Shown here one piece after another: positions 1 to 10,410 of a stretch of DNA of 32,000 bases. Within the stretch, counting starts at the first letter, position 1. Every line of letters starts with the position of its first letter. The position numbers and the translations under genes are program-made. Origin of the DNA: Wallemia ichthyophaga EXF-994 (lineage: Eukaryota > Fungi > Basidiomycota). The DNA lies in contig NW_008806279.1 in the NCBI RefSeq assembly GCF_000400465.1, positions 416,107-448,106 on the forward strand, given 5' to 3'. The notes under the pieces were generated by a model, which was not told the DNA's origin, made no database searches, and saw only the letters and a list, made by a program, of their open reading frames with translations.

Positions 1-232
1 TTGTACGTGCGAGGCGTGCGGGAGCAGCAGTGGCAGGAAAGACACACTCGTAACCGCTCTTCAAGCACTGAGCACAAGGAGCTTCATGAGCGTCGCATTT
101 CCTCTTCCTGCGCCTGCACTGCTCACAGCTATCGCCATATCTGCGCTTCTGGTGGGAGGAGGAGTCTAGATCGAAATGGTTGTTGTGGGTGTCGTTGCTG
201 TGTATTTGATTAAAGCTCAAGCTGTGGCTCAT
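1..232 (-). CDS. Zn(II)2Cys6 fungal transcription factor, 5' part (runs off window start)
   Basis: Manual minus-strand translation from ATG at 232: MSHSLSFNQIHSNDTHNNHFDLDSSSHQKRRYGDS-CEQCRRRKRKCDAHEAPCAQCLKSGYECVF-PATAAPARLART. This is the canonical C-x2-C-x6-C-x6-C-x2-C-x6-C binuclear cluster. Not in the ORF track (no stop inside the window). Confidence 0.92.
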   Translation of the reverse strand, partial: MSHSLSFNQIHSNDTHNNHFDLDSSSHQKRRYGDSCEQCRRRKRKCDAHEAPCAQCLKSGYECVFPATAAPARLART

Positions 233-528
233 TGGCGAGCGAAAGACAGATAATTTCAATTATGAGTGATGGCCGGTGATGGTGATGAGCTAAGCCGGGT
301 TTCTGAAGAATTGCGCTGAGTTAGGGGGAGACTGGGTGAGTGAGAGATTGAGTGCGTATGAGCATTCTACAATCGATAAAACCCTATAAAACCCAGGTAC
401 CTTACAAATCTGCTCACTTGGAGACACCTGCCCTGGATCTTATCAAATGTCGGTATCTTTATCCGATTTCAAGTAAATTTATAATGTTTTCAAGTAAATT
501 TTAAGCAATCCAAGTAAACTCAAGTAAT

Positions 529-1094
529 TTACAACTTTTTGGATAAAACAAACGCGTCTCTAGAACCCTCCCCTTTAAGCCTCTTGTAATAATCCTTGAC
601 ATCTGCTTGAATTGAGAAGCCATTAGCTTTATAGAATTCTATAGCGTCATCATTCTCCTTCTGTACATGCATATAAACGCTATCGAGCTTCTTCCTCGGC
701 TGAACTTTATCACCTTTTATGATTGGCTCTGGATCGCTGACTGCAGCTTTGAGTATATGATTGAGCATGTGCCTCCCCAGTCCTTGTCTCCTGTACGGTG
801 CAAGTACAGCGAGTATCATGATATACAGCTTCCCGGCTTCCACCTTACAGCAGACGCTACCAACGGGGATATCATTATAATAAACCAATTTACAGAAATC
901 CTCGAGTTCTGGTGATTGTACTTGCTCATACACGCCATTTGAGTAGGGCACTTGGGTGGGTGTTTTAGTGGTAATACCCATGGCTCAAAAACCCACGCAC
1001 CTGGTAAGATTACCCCATTCAGTCTCCTCAGTGTACCGATATTCTGCCTTGTAACGCTTGCAAGATCCACGCGTGGTGATAGCTTAATGCTCAT
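529..1094 (-). CDS. NAA50: N-terminal acetyltransferase NatE catalytic subunit (GNAT), 2 exons
   Basis: Exon 1 1094-1001 (MSIKLSPRVDLASVTRQNIGTLRRLNGVILP), GTGCGT...CAAG intron 1000-951, exon 2 950-529 (VPYSNGVYE...YIMILAVLAPYRRQGLG...VYMHVQKENDDAIEFYKANGF...DYYKR). The acetyl-CoA motif RxxGxG and the overall pattern match Naa50/San. Confidence 0.9.
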
Positions 1095-1227
1095 TGTGCG
1101 GGTGTAAAGAGTTATCGGATATTCGTGGTTATTAAATATATTCCCGCTTTCACAGCATTCCACGCCTACATGCCTACGCGCCTATACGCCACCACTGTCT
1201 TCTTCCTACACCCACGACAACCATCAA

Positions 1228-1877
1228 TGACATCGAGTAAGTGATCCACCCACACAAACAATCATCCACGCTGATATCCCCAAAGTAGCTAAACGCCCTG
1301 TGGATCTCTTCTACGCCGTATTTCTCGCCATCCACCTCCCAATGACACTCGCTGTCGATCTTCAGTCACTCTACCCGCAACATCTCATCCCAGAACCGCT
1401 GAAGGAGCTCCTCCGCTTCTGGATTTCCATCTCCAACGACCCTATTCTCCAAGGCGGTGGCAGTGGCAGTCCCCTCTGGGCGTGGGCGCGTTCCTTCTTA
1501 GCTTTGGAGGCTGTAGGCCAGATTCCCATTTTTATTTTCGGCGCGTATGGGCTATATAAGGGTGTGTTACTTGATACTAAGACAAAAGCAACACACTCAC
1601 TCACCCACCAGGCTCTAGAAGCGTTCAAGTTCCCCTTCTAGTCTACGGCGTTTCCGCAGCTACCACCACTTTCGCCTGCTTGGCTACTGTGCTCGCTCTC
1701 CCCGTGCACGCTCCTCCTTTCCCTCCACCACTCACCGGCGCTTTGGCTCTGTCGCCGGAGCAGCGCACTATCCTCCTCGGCGCATACACCCCCTACCTCA
1801 TCATCCCCCTCTTGATAGCCTGCGATATGGCTGGCAGACTTTCGCGCAGAGGTTATCTGCACGAGAAGATGCTTTGA
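1228..1877 (+). CDS. EXPERA-domain membrane protein (TMEM97/sigma-2 receptor-like), 3 exons
   Basis: ATG 1228, GTAAGT intron to TAG 1289, then KRPVDLFYAVFLAIHLPMTLAVDLQSLYP...NDPIL...WARSFLALEAVGQIPIF. Second intron about 1561-1611, then GSRSVQVPLLVYGVSAATTTFACL...YTPYLIIPLLIACDM, stop 1877. Confidence 0.85.
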
Positions 1878-1931
1878 GGTGTCTTTGTCTATCTATATCT
1901 CCATTAATGCAAATAGCATGCATTTATTTAT

Positions 1932-4023
1932 TCACATGATACACCACGTCGCAACGCTAGCAGCAACTACGGCGCCATACGCTGTCAACGCTTGTCTGGA
2001 AGTGAGGCGCATAAGCCACGGTTTAGACACGCCACTAAACGTGAAATGGTCATCGTTCGGTATGAGCGTCTTCCACCAGTAATGCGTGTGTGAGCGGGGA
2101 TAAAGTGCAACGTTCTTTCCTGAATTTTCGTCCTGGTAGAAGGAGTGCGCTCCCCCATTCTCCCATATCATCCTGTAGCGTGTGTGAGTATACCAGTCAA
2201 CCCCACTAACAACCCACACCCACTCTTGGTGCTTCTCTCTGATCCACTGCTGGTACTCCCGCTCAGCACCCTCCGTCACGCGCACGCTACCCTTCTTCGC
2301 GCGTATTATTGGCCCTGCCAAGCGAATAATATAGTTGGCAGTGCATTCCGCTGTGAATAGCACCGAGTTGTGCCCACTCGCCGTGTTCGGACTGGCTGTG
2401 CCGAGGAGGAACAAGTTGGGAAATGGTGCTAGAGCCGTGCCTAAATACGCGCCCATATTAGATCTCCTCCAATATTCGCGTATACTGAGGCCGTTGCTGT
2501 GGAAATGCTCTGTGAATTTATTCGTAGTGGTGTCGAATCCGATGGCTATGGTTACACTTAGGTGAGTAGACTACTCCCATCTTCTAATATACCACCCACC
2601 GAATATTATCACATCCGCTGCCACTTCTGTTCCATCTTGCTTCACTACGCTTGTCGAAGTTATCCGTGCTGGTCGCTCAGCCACTAAGTCTATTTTTTCG
2701 GAATTGAGTGACTTGAGATATTCGTCATCATACACTCTCCGCTTCGCAAATATCTCAAAATCAGGAATGAGTGCATCGTGGTATTTGGCAGGCGCTAGGT
2801 TTTTCATGCTGATAAGGCGCCATTGTTAGATGAGTCTTGTGGGAAAGGGGGATATAAATGCAAACTTACTGATTCGCGGACTCTTCCATACGCGCCTTGC
2901 GCACTCCTTTGCCTTTCTCCGCGTACATAGCTATGAGCACACGGTTAGTGAAATAGCGCACCTCCAACACCTAACAACTTACCTGCGAAGTAATACTCTG
3001 TCGCAAAAAATATAAAGTTTCTGATAAAAGTGTGTATACTCGGTATATTCTCCGTCATCCACTGTATACGTGGATAATTGGCGAGATTGGGTGGTTTGGG
3101 TATATACCATTGCTTGCCACGCGCAAACTGCGTGAGAGATTTAACTTTGGGTGCTATCTCACTGCGTGTGTAGTAGTTAGGATAGGTGTTTTGTAATAAC
3201 GTCCTCCCCACGCTATGATCTGCGTTGCTGTACAAGCATTGCCAACGACGACGACATTCTTGTCCTGGTTCGCGTTAGATTGCGCATTCACAAGCTCGAA
3301 TTCTCACCGTAATATCAACGTTTTCGTCATAGCGCTGTGAACGCAACACTTTGCCGTTGAAGGTATCGACACCTGGTGTGTCAATAGGGCGTGGAGTGTC
3401 TTGATTTGGTGTGAGTGTGAGTTTAAGTGAATATAAATCCACAAACCTAAACCACCGTGTGCAGTGATAAGGATATTGCAAGTACGCTTGAACACTTCTC
3501 CAGTGCCATTATTCTTCACAGACACCGTCCAAATCTCTCGCGCCACATCGTAATCGGCATCGAGGATAGAATGTGAGAGGTATATATGATCACTCAGTCT
3601 GTGCTCCTTCACCACGTCCTGGATATACCTCTCTATGACTGGCTGGGTTGCCCACAGAGTGCTGCCCCAGTTACGCTGAGCGAATGAGAACGAGTAGAGC
3701 TGAATGGGTATATCGTTTGCACATCCTGGGTAGTTCTTTATATCCTTCTTAGCCAGCCACCAATATAAATATCAGCGCTATACACCTACGTTAATGTACC
3801 ACGTGCCACCAACTTGCTCCTCGCGCTCGCTGTATCGTGTGAGCATTATCACAGCCTGCTCTACAAATAACTCACTATATCTCAAATTCATCCGTCCGCA
3901 GTTCATGCTTGAGCTTGTGGCCCATAGCAACTCCCGAGATACCGGCACCGATTATTATTCTTCGCTGTGTTAGCCGAGTTCCCGCTCTCTACTTGCACGC
4001 CCTCACACTGCTGTGTCCGTCAT
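1932..4023 (-). CDS. Class B flavoprotein monooxygenase (Baeyer-Villiger/FMO-like), multi-exon
   Basis: Spliced segments: IIIGAGISG (FAD Rossmann), GGTWYIN|NYPGCANDIP (matches [AG]GxWxxxx[FY]PGxxxD), FNGKVLRSQRYD (fingerprint position), VVVVGNACTATQ (second Rossmann), VIIFG, GTALAPFPNLFLLG...SPNT..GHNSVLFTAEC. Start inferred at ATG 4023; internal exon boundaries approximate. Confidence 0.88.
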
Positions 4024-4418
4024 GGTAGTAGCTCACAACGAAATGCCATGTGGCAACCGGCCTAAAACTTCTCGAGATAGCCGATGCCGAGGCAGTTGCA
4101 GTGAACGATGAAAATGAATACATGGAATTTCTGTCTAATTGTGTGTGTGTGTGTGACTGGTTAGTCAAGGCAGGGCATATTGACCAAATCCGGGTGCAGA
4201 TGTAGGTGATTATGCATGATGTTTTCAAATATCTTCCACACAAGACGTAATCATGTGCAGTTATGCTACTCAATCTACTCATCTTCTGTATCAATGTCTC
4301 AATTTCTCAAACGGCTTGATATCTATCGATCGATGAAAAGATTATTCATTGTAGGTCCCTTTAAATTGATTCACGTGGCTAATGAGTTAAGAAAGAAAAA
4401 GCAAAACATCAAGCAGAA

Positions 4419-5823
4419 TTAAGGCGATATGAATGACTGTTCAGTGAAAGCAGTGCCTTGAACAGTGAGCTTGGTAGATTCGGCGACTCCTTCGGGGAGG
4501 TCCAATTGCAATTCTGTTGGATTGAGGTACTAGTTGTTTGTTAGCTGTGTTATAGTAGTCTATCGCAAATATTCACCTGATAAATGTACGGTTTCGTCTT
4601 TGCAAAGACGTGCACAGCCTTTCTAACGACGTATGGAATATGAGCGAGGAAGTCTACCTTCTCAATTAAACCCCTAGACACATCATTCTTCTCCTTGTAA
4701 TTCACAAGCATCTCACCGCGGATGGCTTTCTTGTTCTCGATAGCTGTACCACCCCAGACATATCTAACCTCCGAAGGCACAATGTACGAGGTTTCAGGAT
4801 CCTTGAGCGTGTTGCGATGCTCGGCGGCGGTTAAACCCTGAGGCATTTGGCCGGGGTAGGTGGTAGATCCCGTGACGGAGAGGAGCTTATCACCAGCGAC
4901 GAGAGCGCCTATGGTAACTTTGACACCACCACCGCCTTCAGTTCTGGTTGCAGCGCCGTAGCCTTCAGTGCTCTCGAACTCCATGAGAATTGATGCCACA
5001 CCGCCATGTTGATTGGATTGGAAGAGAGCAAAGTTCCAAGCGCGCGCGATAAGCTAATGGGAGTGTTAGACTAATAAAAATAACAGAGCTAGCCACTCAC
5101 ATTAGCTCTCATACCTTGGATGGCGTGTATGAAAGTACCGTGACCAATTGCGTCGACGAGCTTGCCTCTGACGATGACCTGACCTTCAGTGCGAACTCTT
5201 GGCCAAAATCTGTGCACAACGTAGCCGTCCCTCTTGTTGCTCGATTTGTCGTTACCGAGGGATGTGAAACCGCCGTTTGGACCGTTTCCGAGTTTGAAGC
5301 CGGAACAAGAGGCTGGGCGGATGAAATTGATAACAATTTGCACTTCATTATCAATTTTAGCGTTTATTCTGTAGCACTCATCTTGATTTGGGAGTTGTTC
5401 GTGGAGGATGGAGAACTGGTCAGCAGAGCAGCTACGACGATCGTATTTGTTGGTGGAGAACGAAGGAGGGCTGCTAAAGTTGTTTGCGCTGATAGATTTC
5501 CACAATTTCTGGCCAGTGGACGGCGTATAGAGCATGAAATTAAATTGGATTTGTGGGTACCAGAAACTGTAAGCGGTGAGTGGTGAGCGTGGCTAGCGTA
5601 TAAGTATCCAGACGCACCCAACATGTGAGTGCACTACTTGCACGCTCAAGCACTGCCCATCCTCCAGCACCGAGTAGAACGTCTGCGTCTCTGCAACGAA
5701 ATTAGAATTAATCGTCGCCCATTCCGTGTCTTCGGGTTCAAGCGGTCCGAAATATTCGCTGGATTCGAATTCCTCTGTCACTGGGTGCAGATTCTTTACT
5801 TTCTGAGAGCTGCCGAAGAACAT
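4419..5823 (-). CDS. SVF1: Survival factor 1 (Svf1-like lipid-binding protein), multi-exon
   Basis: MFFGSSQKVKNLHPV...FGPLEPEDTEW...AETQTFY...QVVHSHVG, DGYVVHRFWPR, FIHAIQGMR, GLIEKVDFLAHIPYVVRKAVHVFAKTKPYIYQ|YLNP..., ending TAFTEQSFISP* (TAA 4419-4421). These motifs are characteristic of the Svf1 family. Confidence 0.9.
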
Positions 5824-6006
5824 GGCGGTTGTGGTGAGAGATGTTGATGGCCGAGACGGGCGAGATGGAGATGTCCATAAACACGCAGACAACGCAGACG
5901 CCGCACACGCTGTTAGAATGTTTGAAAATTTACATTTCAATTTATTTTAATTGCTCTGCTCCTTCATCACTACGGCCATCTCTAAACGCACACAGCGCAC
6001 ACGCAC

Positions 6007-8808
6007 ATGCCGATTCCGCTGCCGTTACTCCCGCTCATCGCAGAGACTGTTTACTACTCCAGCAGACCTGCAATGGATCTCGATCCCGTCCCAGAGCCTG
6101 GCCGCTGGACCGAGCAAGACGCACGTCACACGCTCTACGCCTTATCGCGCGTCAATAGGGATTGGCACGATGAAGCAGGCAAGTTTCTTTGGCGCAGGCT
6201 TCACTTCAGATTGGCTGGTGGTTTTCTCTCTGTCGTTGACGTCGTCGCAGGCAAGCAGGTTGAGCAACTCCGGCAGCAATCTGATGAGATTATCAGATTG
6301 TCATCGCCACCGCCAGATCCTGTGAGACCAGAAGCTATTCTCCCAGACGGACCCACTCTGCCACGTCCCTACCGCCAATCCTCGCTTAGAATCGCATCTA
6401 TCCCCGAGTCTTCTGAAGACACGCGCAGTGCTCCTCCCGCACGCCCCACGCTCGACACCTCCCGCAACGCTTTCTCCCCGCCTTCTTTCACCAATGAACT
6501 CGCCACGCCCGTCACTTCCCCTCTTTCCACATCGCCGCCTGTCAGCTCACCGCTCAACGTCCCATCAATCAGCTCCACCTTCTTCGCCCATCCACCCATT
6601 ACCCAAGAAAACACTCCCCCTTCGTCCCGCTCGCAGTCCCCCTCAGGGGCCAACTCTCGTGGCCGGCGGCGTTTTCACGAAGGCCTCATCAGAACTGCTT
6701 CTGCCCATACCTCCTCTCGTGCGCGCAGCATGAGCCCTGCCAGAGACATGGACGTTGATGAAATGGTAAATGCTACCACTGAGGCGCTTAAACGGGAGTC
6801 TGAGAGCATCACGCGCACCCACAGTCCCGAAAAGCGTGGTAGGAAGTTCGACCGTGTTCGCGAACTCTCCGTCGAAGCCGAGCGACTCCGTAGTGCCAGC
6901 CCTGTCACTGTTAATCTGCACGAGAGCCGCCACAACAACACTATCGCTATTCGTGAGCCTAGTCCGGAGCGTGAAGGGCTAGCTGAGATGTGAGAGGGTG
7001 CTTTATGTCAATGAGTTGACCGCTAACTATCAGACTATTAATACAGGCGCGAGCAGAGTCCAGATGAGCATGATAATGCTTTGTGGGGGAGCAACTACAA
7101 CTCCACATGGCTCGATCCCTTCTGTCCAGTCACCGCAACTCCTTACCCTGCACGTCACATCAACCACATCTCCTTCACTTCTTTCCGCACAGCCGGCCTG
7201 AGGCGGTCTATAGCACAGGGCACCGAAGAGCGGTTCTGTACTCCGGAGCGTCTCGAGCGTCTCCTCGATGTATGTCGGGCTGTGCGGGGGTTCGGAGCGA
7301 GTGAGTATATGGATTCCGCGCTTAGTTTGCCAGTGCTCGAGTCCTTGCTTCTACGCGAGCCTCCCGCGCCGCAAACTCACCGTACACGACTGCGGCGAGC
7401 ATACTCCGTCCGTGACCCGCCCACGCAATCCACAGTTGACGACGAGGGGGCCAGTGGGAGTGGCAGTAGCAGTAGCAACCTTCACATCAACTCTTCCGGT
7501 GCGAGTCTCTCCCGTGCGAAATGTATTCCAGGTCGTTCGCTGCATGCTCTAGACCTGAGTGGATGTGTGAGCGCGACATTTTTCGACGCGTTGGAAGCAT
7601 TCGTCAACAAACACCTCTTTGCACGCCAATCGGATGCTTTTGATGAGCAGGCCGATGAGCGCTATCCTGACGATGTGCGCGCGCGCTCTCTAGCCTACAA
7701 GAGCACAGCACATGCGCATCACCGTCCCCCTTCCAACCCACACACTGGGCGCTACAGTGCATTACGGCGACTGAATGTATCCAATGTGGTGAATGTCTTC
7801 TCACCTACCTTGAAAACATTCGTATTGGCTTTCCCCGCTCTTACTCACCTCGATTTGTCGAATACACGCGCTACACCCGGACTCATACGTGCTTTGGCAC
7901 GCTCACCCACGCTCCGCTTGGAGTCTTTTGCTGCTGCCCGCTGCAAGAAGCTAGATGGGGACTGTCTCCTTCGTCTTCTCGTCGATTCTCCCGTGACGGA
8001 GAATCTACGCGAGTTGAATCTGTACGGCGACAGTGCGGTACCATCTCCACTAAGTGTGTATGAGTTGGATGTAATTCTGCGTCGTGCGCCCTGCTTCATC
8101 AGTGGAAATCTCCGTTATATAGATCTAGCCGGTGCGCCATTGACCAAAGAGATACTGTCGAAACTCGCCGCGCAGCCTCACCTCCGCAGTCTCGGTCTCG
8201 CCAATATCCCTCGTCTGCCTCTCGGCGCTGTGGCGGAGTTCATCAAGAACAAAGCGCCCGGTTGTGAGATAGTCGATCTCGCATTGTCTACACCAGAACT
8301 GGCTGTTATTCCGGGAGTATCATCAACTGTGCGCTCGGCAGTTCTCACGCTACAGACTAGTTTTATTAAGGTGCTCACTAATCCTCCCTTTCACTTCTCT
8401 CTCACGTCCCCATCTCCAGTAGAACAATCCCCACCGCCAACTGCCATACGCGTTATCGAACTTGGCGCTGAAATGCTCAATGCTCTACAGGGTGGCGCTG
8501 GCTCGTGGAGAGTAATTCGCTCGCGTGGTAGGAGAGGCTGGTATGTTGACGTGTCCACCAAACCACTCGAGGATGGCCTGCTTGCTAGGAAACTTGATAA
8601 GAGTGACCCTTGGAGACAGCAAATGGAGAGCTTGTCCCAGGCTAGAGGTAACGTTGCCTCCTACATCGGTTGGCATTCGAGGAAGATGGAGGTGAGTGGG
8701 TCGTATGTTCTAATACCACGCTAACAATCGCAGGTCCTCTCTGGTCAGGGTATGCTCGGGCGCGAAGATGGGCTATACGGCGTTTACGCCTATTCTACTG
8801 GTCTGTAG
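6007..8808 (+). CDS. Fungal F-box/LRR (RNI-like) protein with long Ser/Pro/Arg-rich insert, 3 exons
   Basis: Exon 1 from 6007 (MPIPLPLLPLIAETV...LYALSRVNRDWHDEA.KFLWRRLHF, F-box-like). LRR-type repeats LHALDLSGC, LRRLNVSNV, LTHLDLSNT, LRELNLYG, LRYIDLAGA. Intron about 8692-8733, final exon VLSGQGMLGREDGLYGVYAYSTGL* (TAG 8806-8808). Confidence 0.75.
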
Positions 8809-8979
8809 ATGAAGTTTATGATGAAGAGGAATACTCTATCTAGCCCACTTACTACCGTTCAATTCACTTGCATTAATACAAACACCGCAATAGACTATTT
8901 GTAGCTTAATACTTGAACACATTATATGACTACAATTATGTAATTCATGCGTTTCGTGTTTACGTTAGTGAGCATCCAT

Positions 8980-10319
8980 TTATTCAGCTGTGAACTGCAC
9001 TCTCTGTTAGCACACGCGCGCGTACTGAAGCCACACTGACATATGAGCAGTCATCCAAAGACCCGTGTTGTGCTACTGCAACTATTACTGGCTGATGGTT
9101 CGCAGATGAGTTGATACTGCACATGCGATAGGCACCAGCTGGAAGTCCTCTTGAGACTTGAGCAGACAACACACCGTTCTGTGCTGGTTCGTTGAGACCC
9201 TTGAAGAAGCTATTCTGGGTGAGCTTGAGATCAAGGCACTCATACACTCACGCGAAGTTTGCAGGGTCGAGTGGTTGCGTACTTTGCAAATTTGGAAGTT
9301 GCTCGACGACCTGGGCGTTGTGTGAGTAGACAGATCAATATAATACCACACTAACAACGTGGCTATGACCAATAATTTGACCGTTGTTGTTTGTGGTTTG
9401 CTGTTATTTGCGTGAGTGAGACATCGAGAGTTAACTCAAACACGCACTGGTGCAGCAAAGTAATTGGTGTTTGGGCTGTAGCTTGTTAGGCTGCCAAAAT
9501 CAATCAATTGAAACCCACTTGACAAAGTTACCAGCGTTAAGGTTGCGAATAGCCATTTGAATAGTGAAGTCCTGGTTAGCTTGCTGTGTGGTTGTTAGCA
9601 GATATGAGAGGAACAAAAACTCACAATTGTAGCACCGTTCTCTGGATTGACAAATTTGGCCGATGGCATTCTGTTTGTAGCAGCGATGACGCCGATTGGA
9701 ACAGGGTTGCATGAGCCGCCCTGCGAGTGGTGCTTTGTGAGTCTAAGCAGGTATATTAAGTCGCCAACTCACCCTAACTTGCCTGCCGTTCGTAAGTGGG
9801 AGGTCAGGCTCAGTGAGGCAGAAGTTGATAAAGTTGTTGGCGGAGGTGAGTGATGCAACCTGTCCAGCCTCTGCACCGCCTTCTTGTTGGCCATTCTGTG
9901 CCAAACCGGGCATGACAAGATCTGGATCAAGTTCTGTGGCCTTGTGAGCGGAAAAACTGCAAAAAAGAAAGCGAGACACACGGAGAGATTCTTGCGGGTC
10001 TTGGTTAATGTTGTTGTCATTGTTGTTGTCATTGTTATTGTCGTTATTACCGCCGTTATTGTTATTTCCACCGCCAGCGCCGTCGTTATCGTTCATACCG
10101 TTGTTGCCATTGTTGCCGCCGCCCTGTCTTTGTCTTTTAATATCATTAAAGTCTTTGAGCCTATTAAGTTGACGCCTGTGGGCTTTGCGGGGATATTCGC
10201 GCTAAAAATGTGTTAAAAAGCGTGGGAAAGAGATGATGACGCACATCATGTGTAGCAGCAGAGGAGGAAGCGAGCGTGACTATAACGAAAAAGAGTGTAA
10301 ATGCTTTTATAATTAACAT
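8980..10319 (-). CDS. Secreted protein: signal peptide, G/N/D-rich low-complexity region and conserved Cys-containing fungal domain of unknown function, multi-exon
   Basis: Exon 1 10319-10245 MLIIKAFTLFFVIVTLASSSAATHD, intron 10244-10202, then REYPRKAHRR...DIKRQRQGGGNNGNN..., NNFINFCLTEPDLPLTNGRQVR|GGSCNPVPIG...MPSAKFVNP, LPAGAYRMCSINSSANHQPVIVAVAQHGSLDDCSY|FTAE* (TAA 8980-8982). Confidence 0.8.
10003..10123 (-). repeat. Coding (AAC/GAC)n-type low-complexity tract (Asn/Asp/Gly)
   Basis: The + strand reads ttaatgttgttgtcattgttgttgtcattgttattgtcgttattaccgccgttattgtt..., encoding GGGNNGNNGMNDNDGAGGGNNNNGGNNDNNNDNNNDNNIN. Confidence 0.85.
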
Positions 10320-10410
10320 GATGGTCGTTCGAGTTGAAGGAACTAATTTAATTCAAGTCTTTTTAACCCCTACATGCACGACGAGGGTTCTTCTGTCTCA
10401 GGTACAAGTT

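Noticed and set aside
379-397. aaaccctataaaaccc resembling telomeric repeat
   Set aside because: Only two imperfect units, and no TTAGGG array.
4141-4156. (TG)n dinucleotide run upstream of the monooxygenase
   Set aside because: A short ordinary microsatellite; CA/TG runs are common throughout this window.
1-5823. Possible biosynthetic cluster (Zn2Cys6 TF + acetyltransferase + EXPERA + monooxygenase + Svf1)
   Set aside because: There is no backbone enzyme (PKS, NRPS or terpene synthase) in the window, and NAA50 and SVF1 are conserved housekeeping genes.
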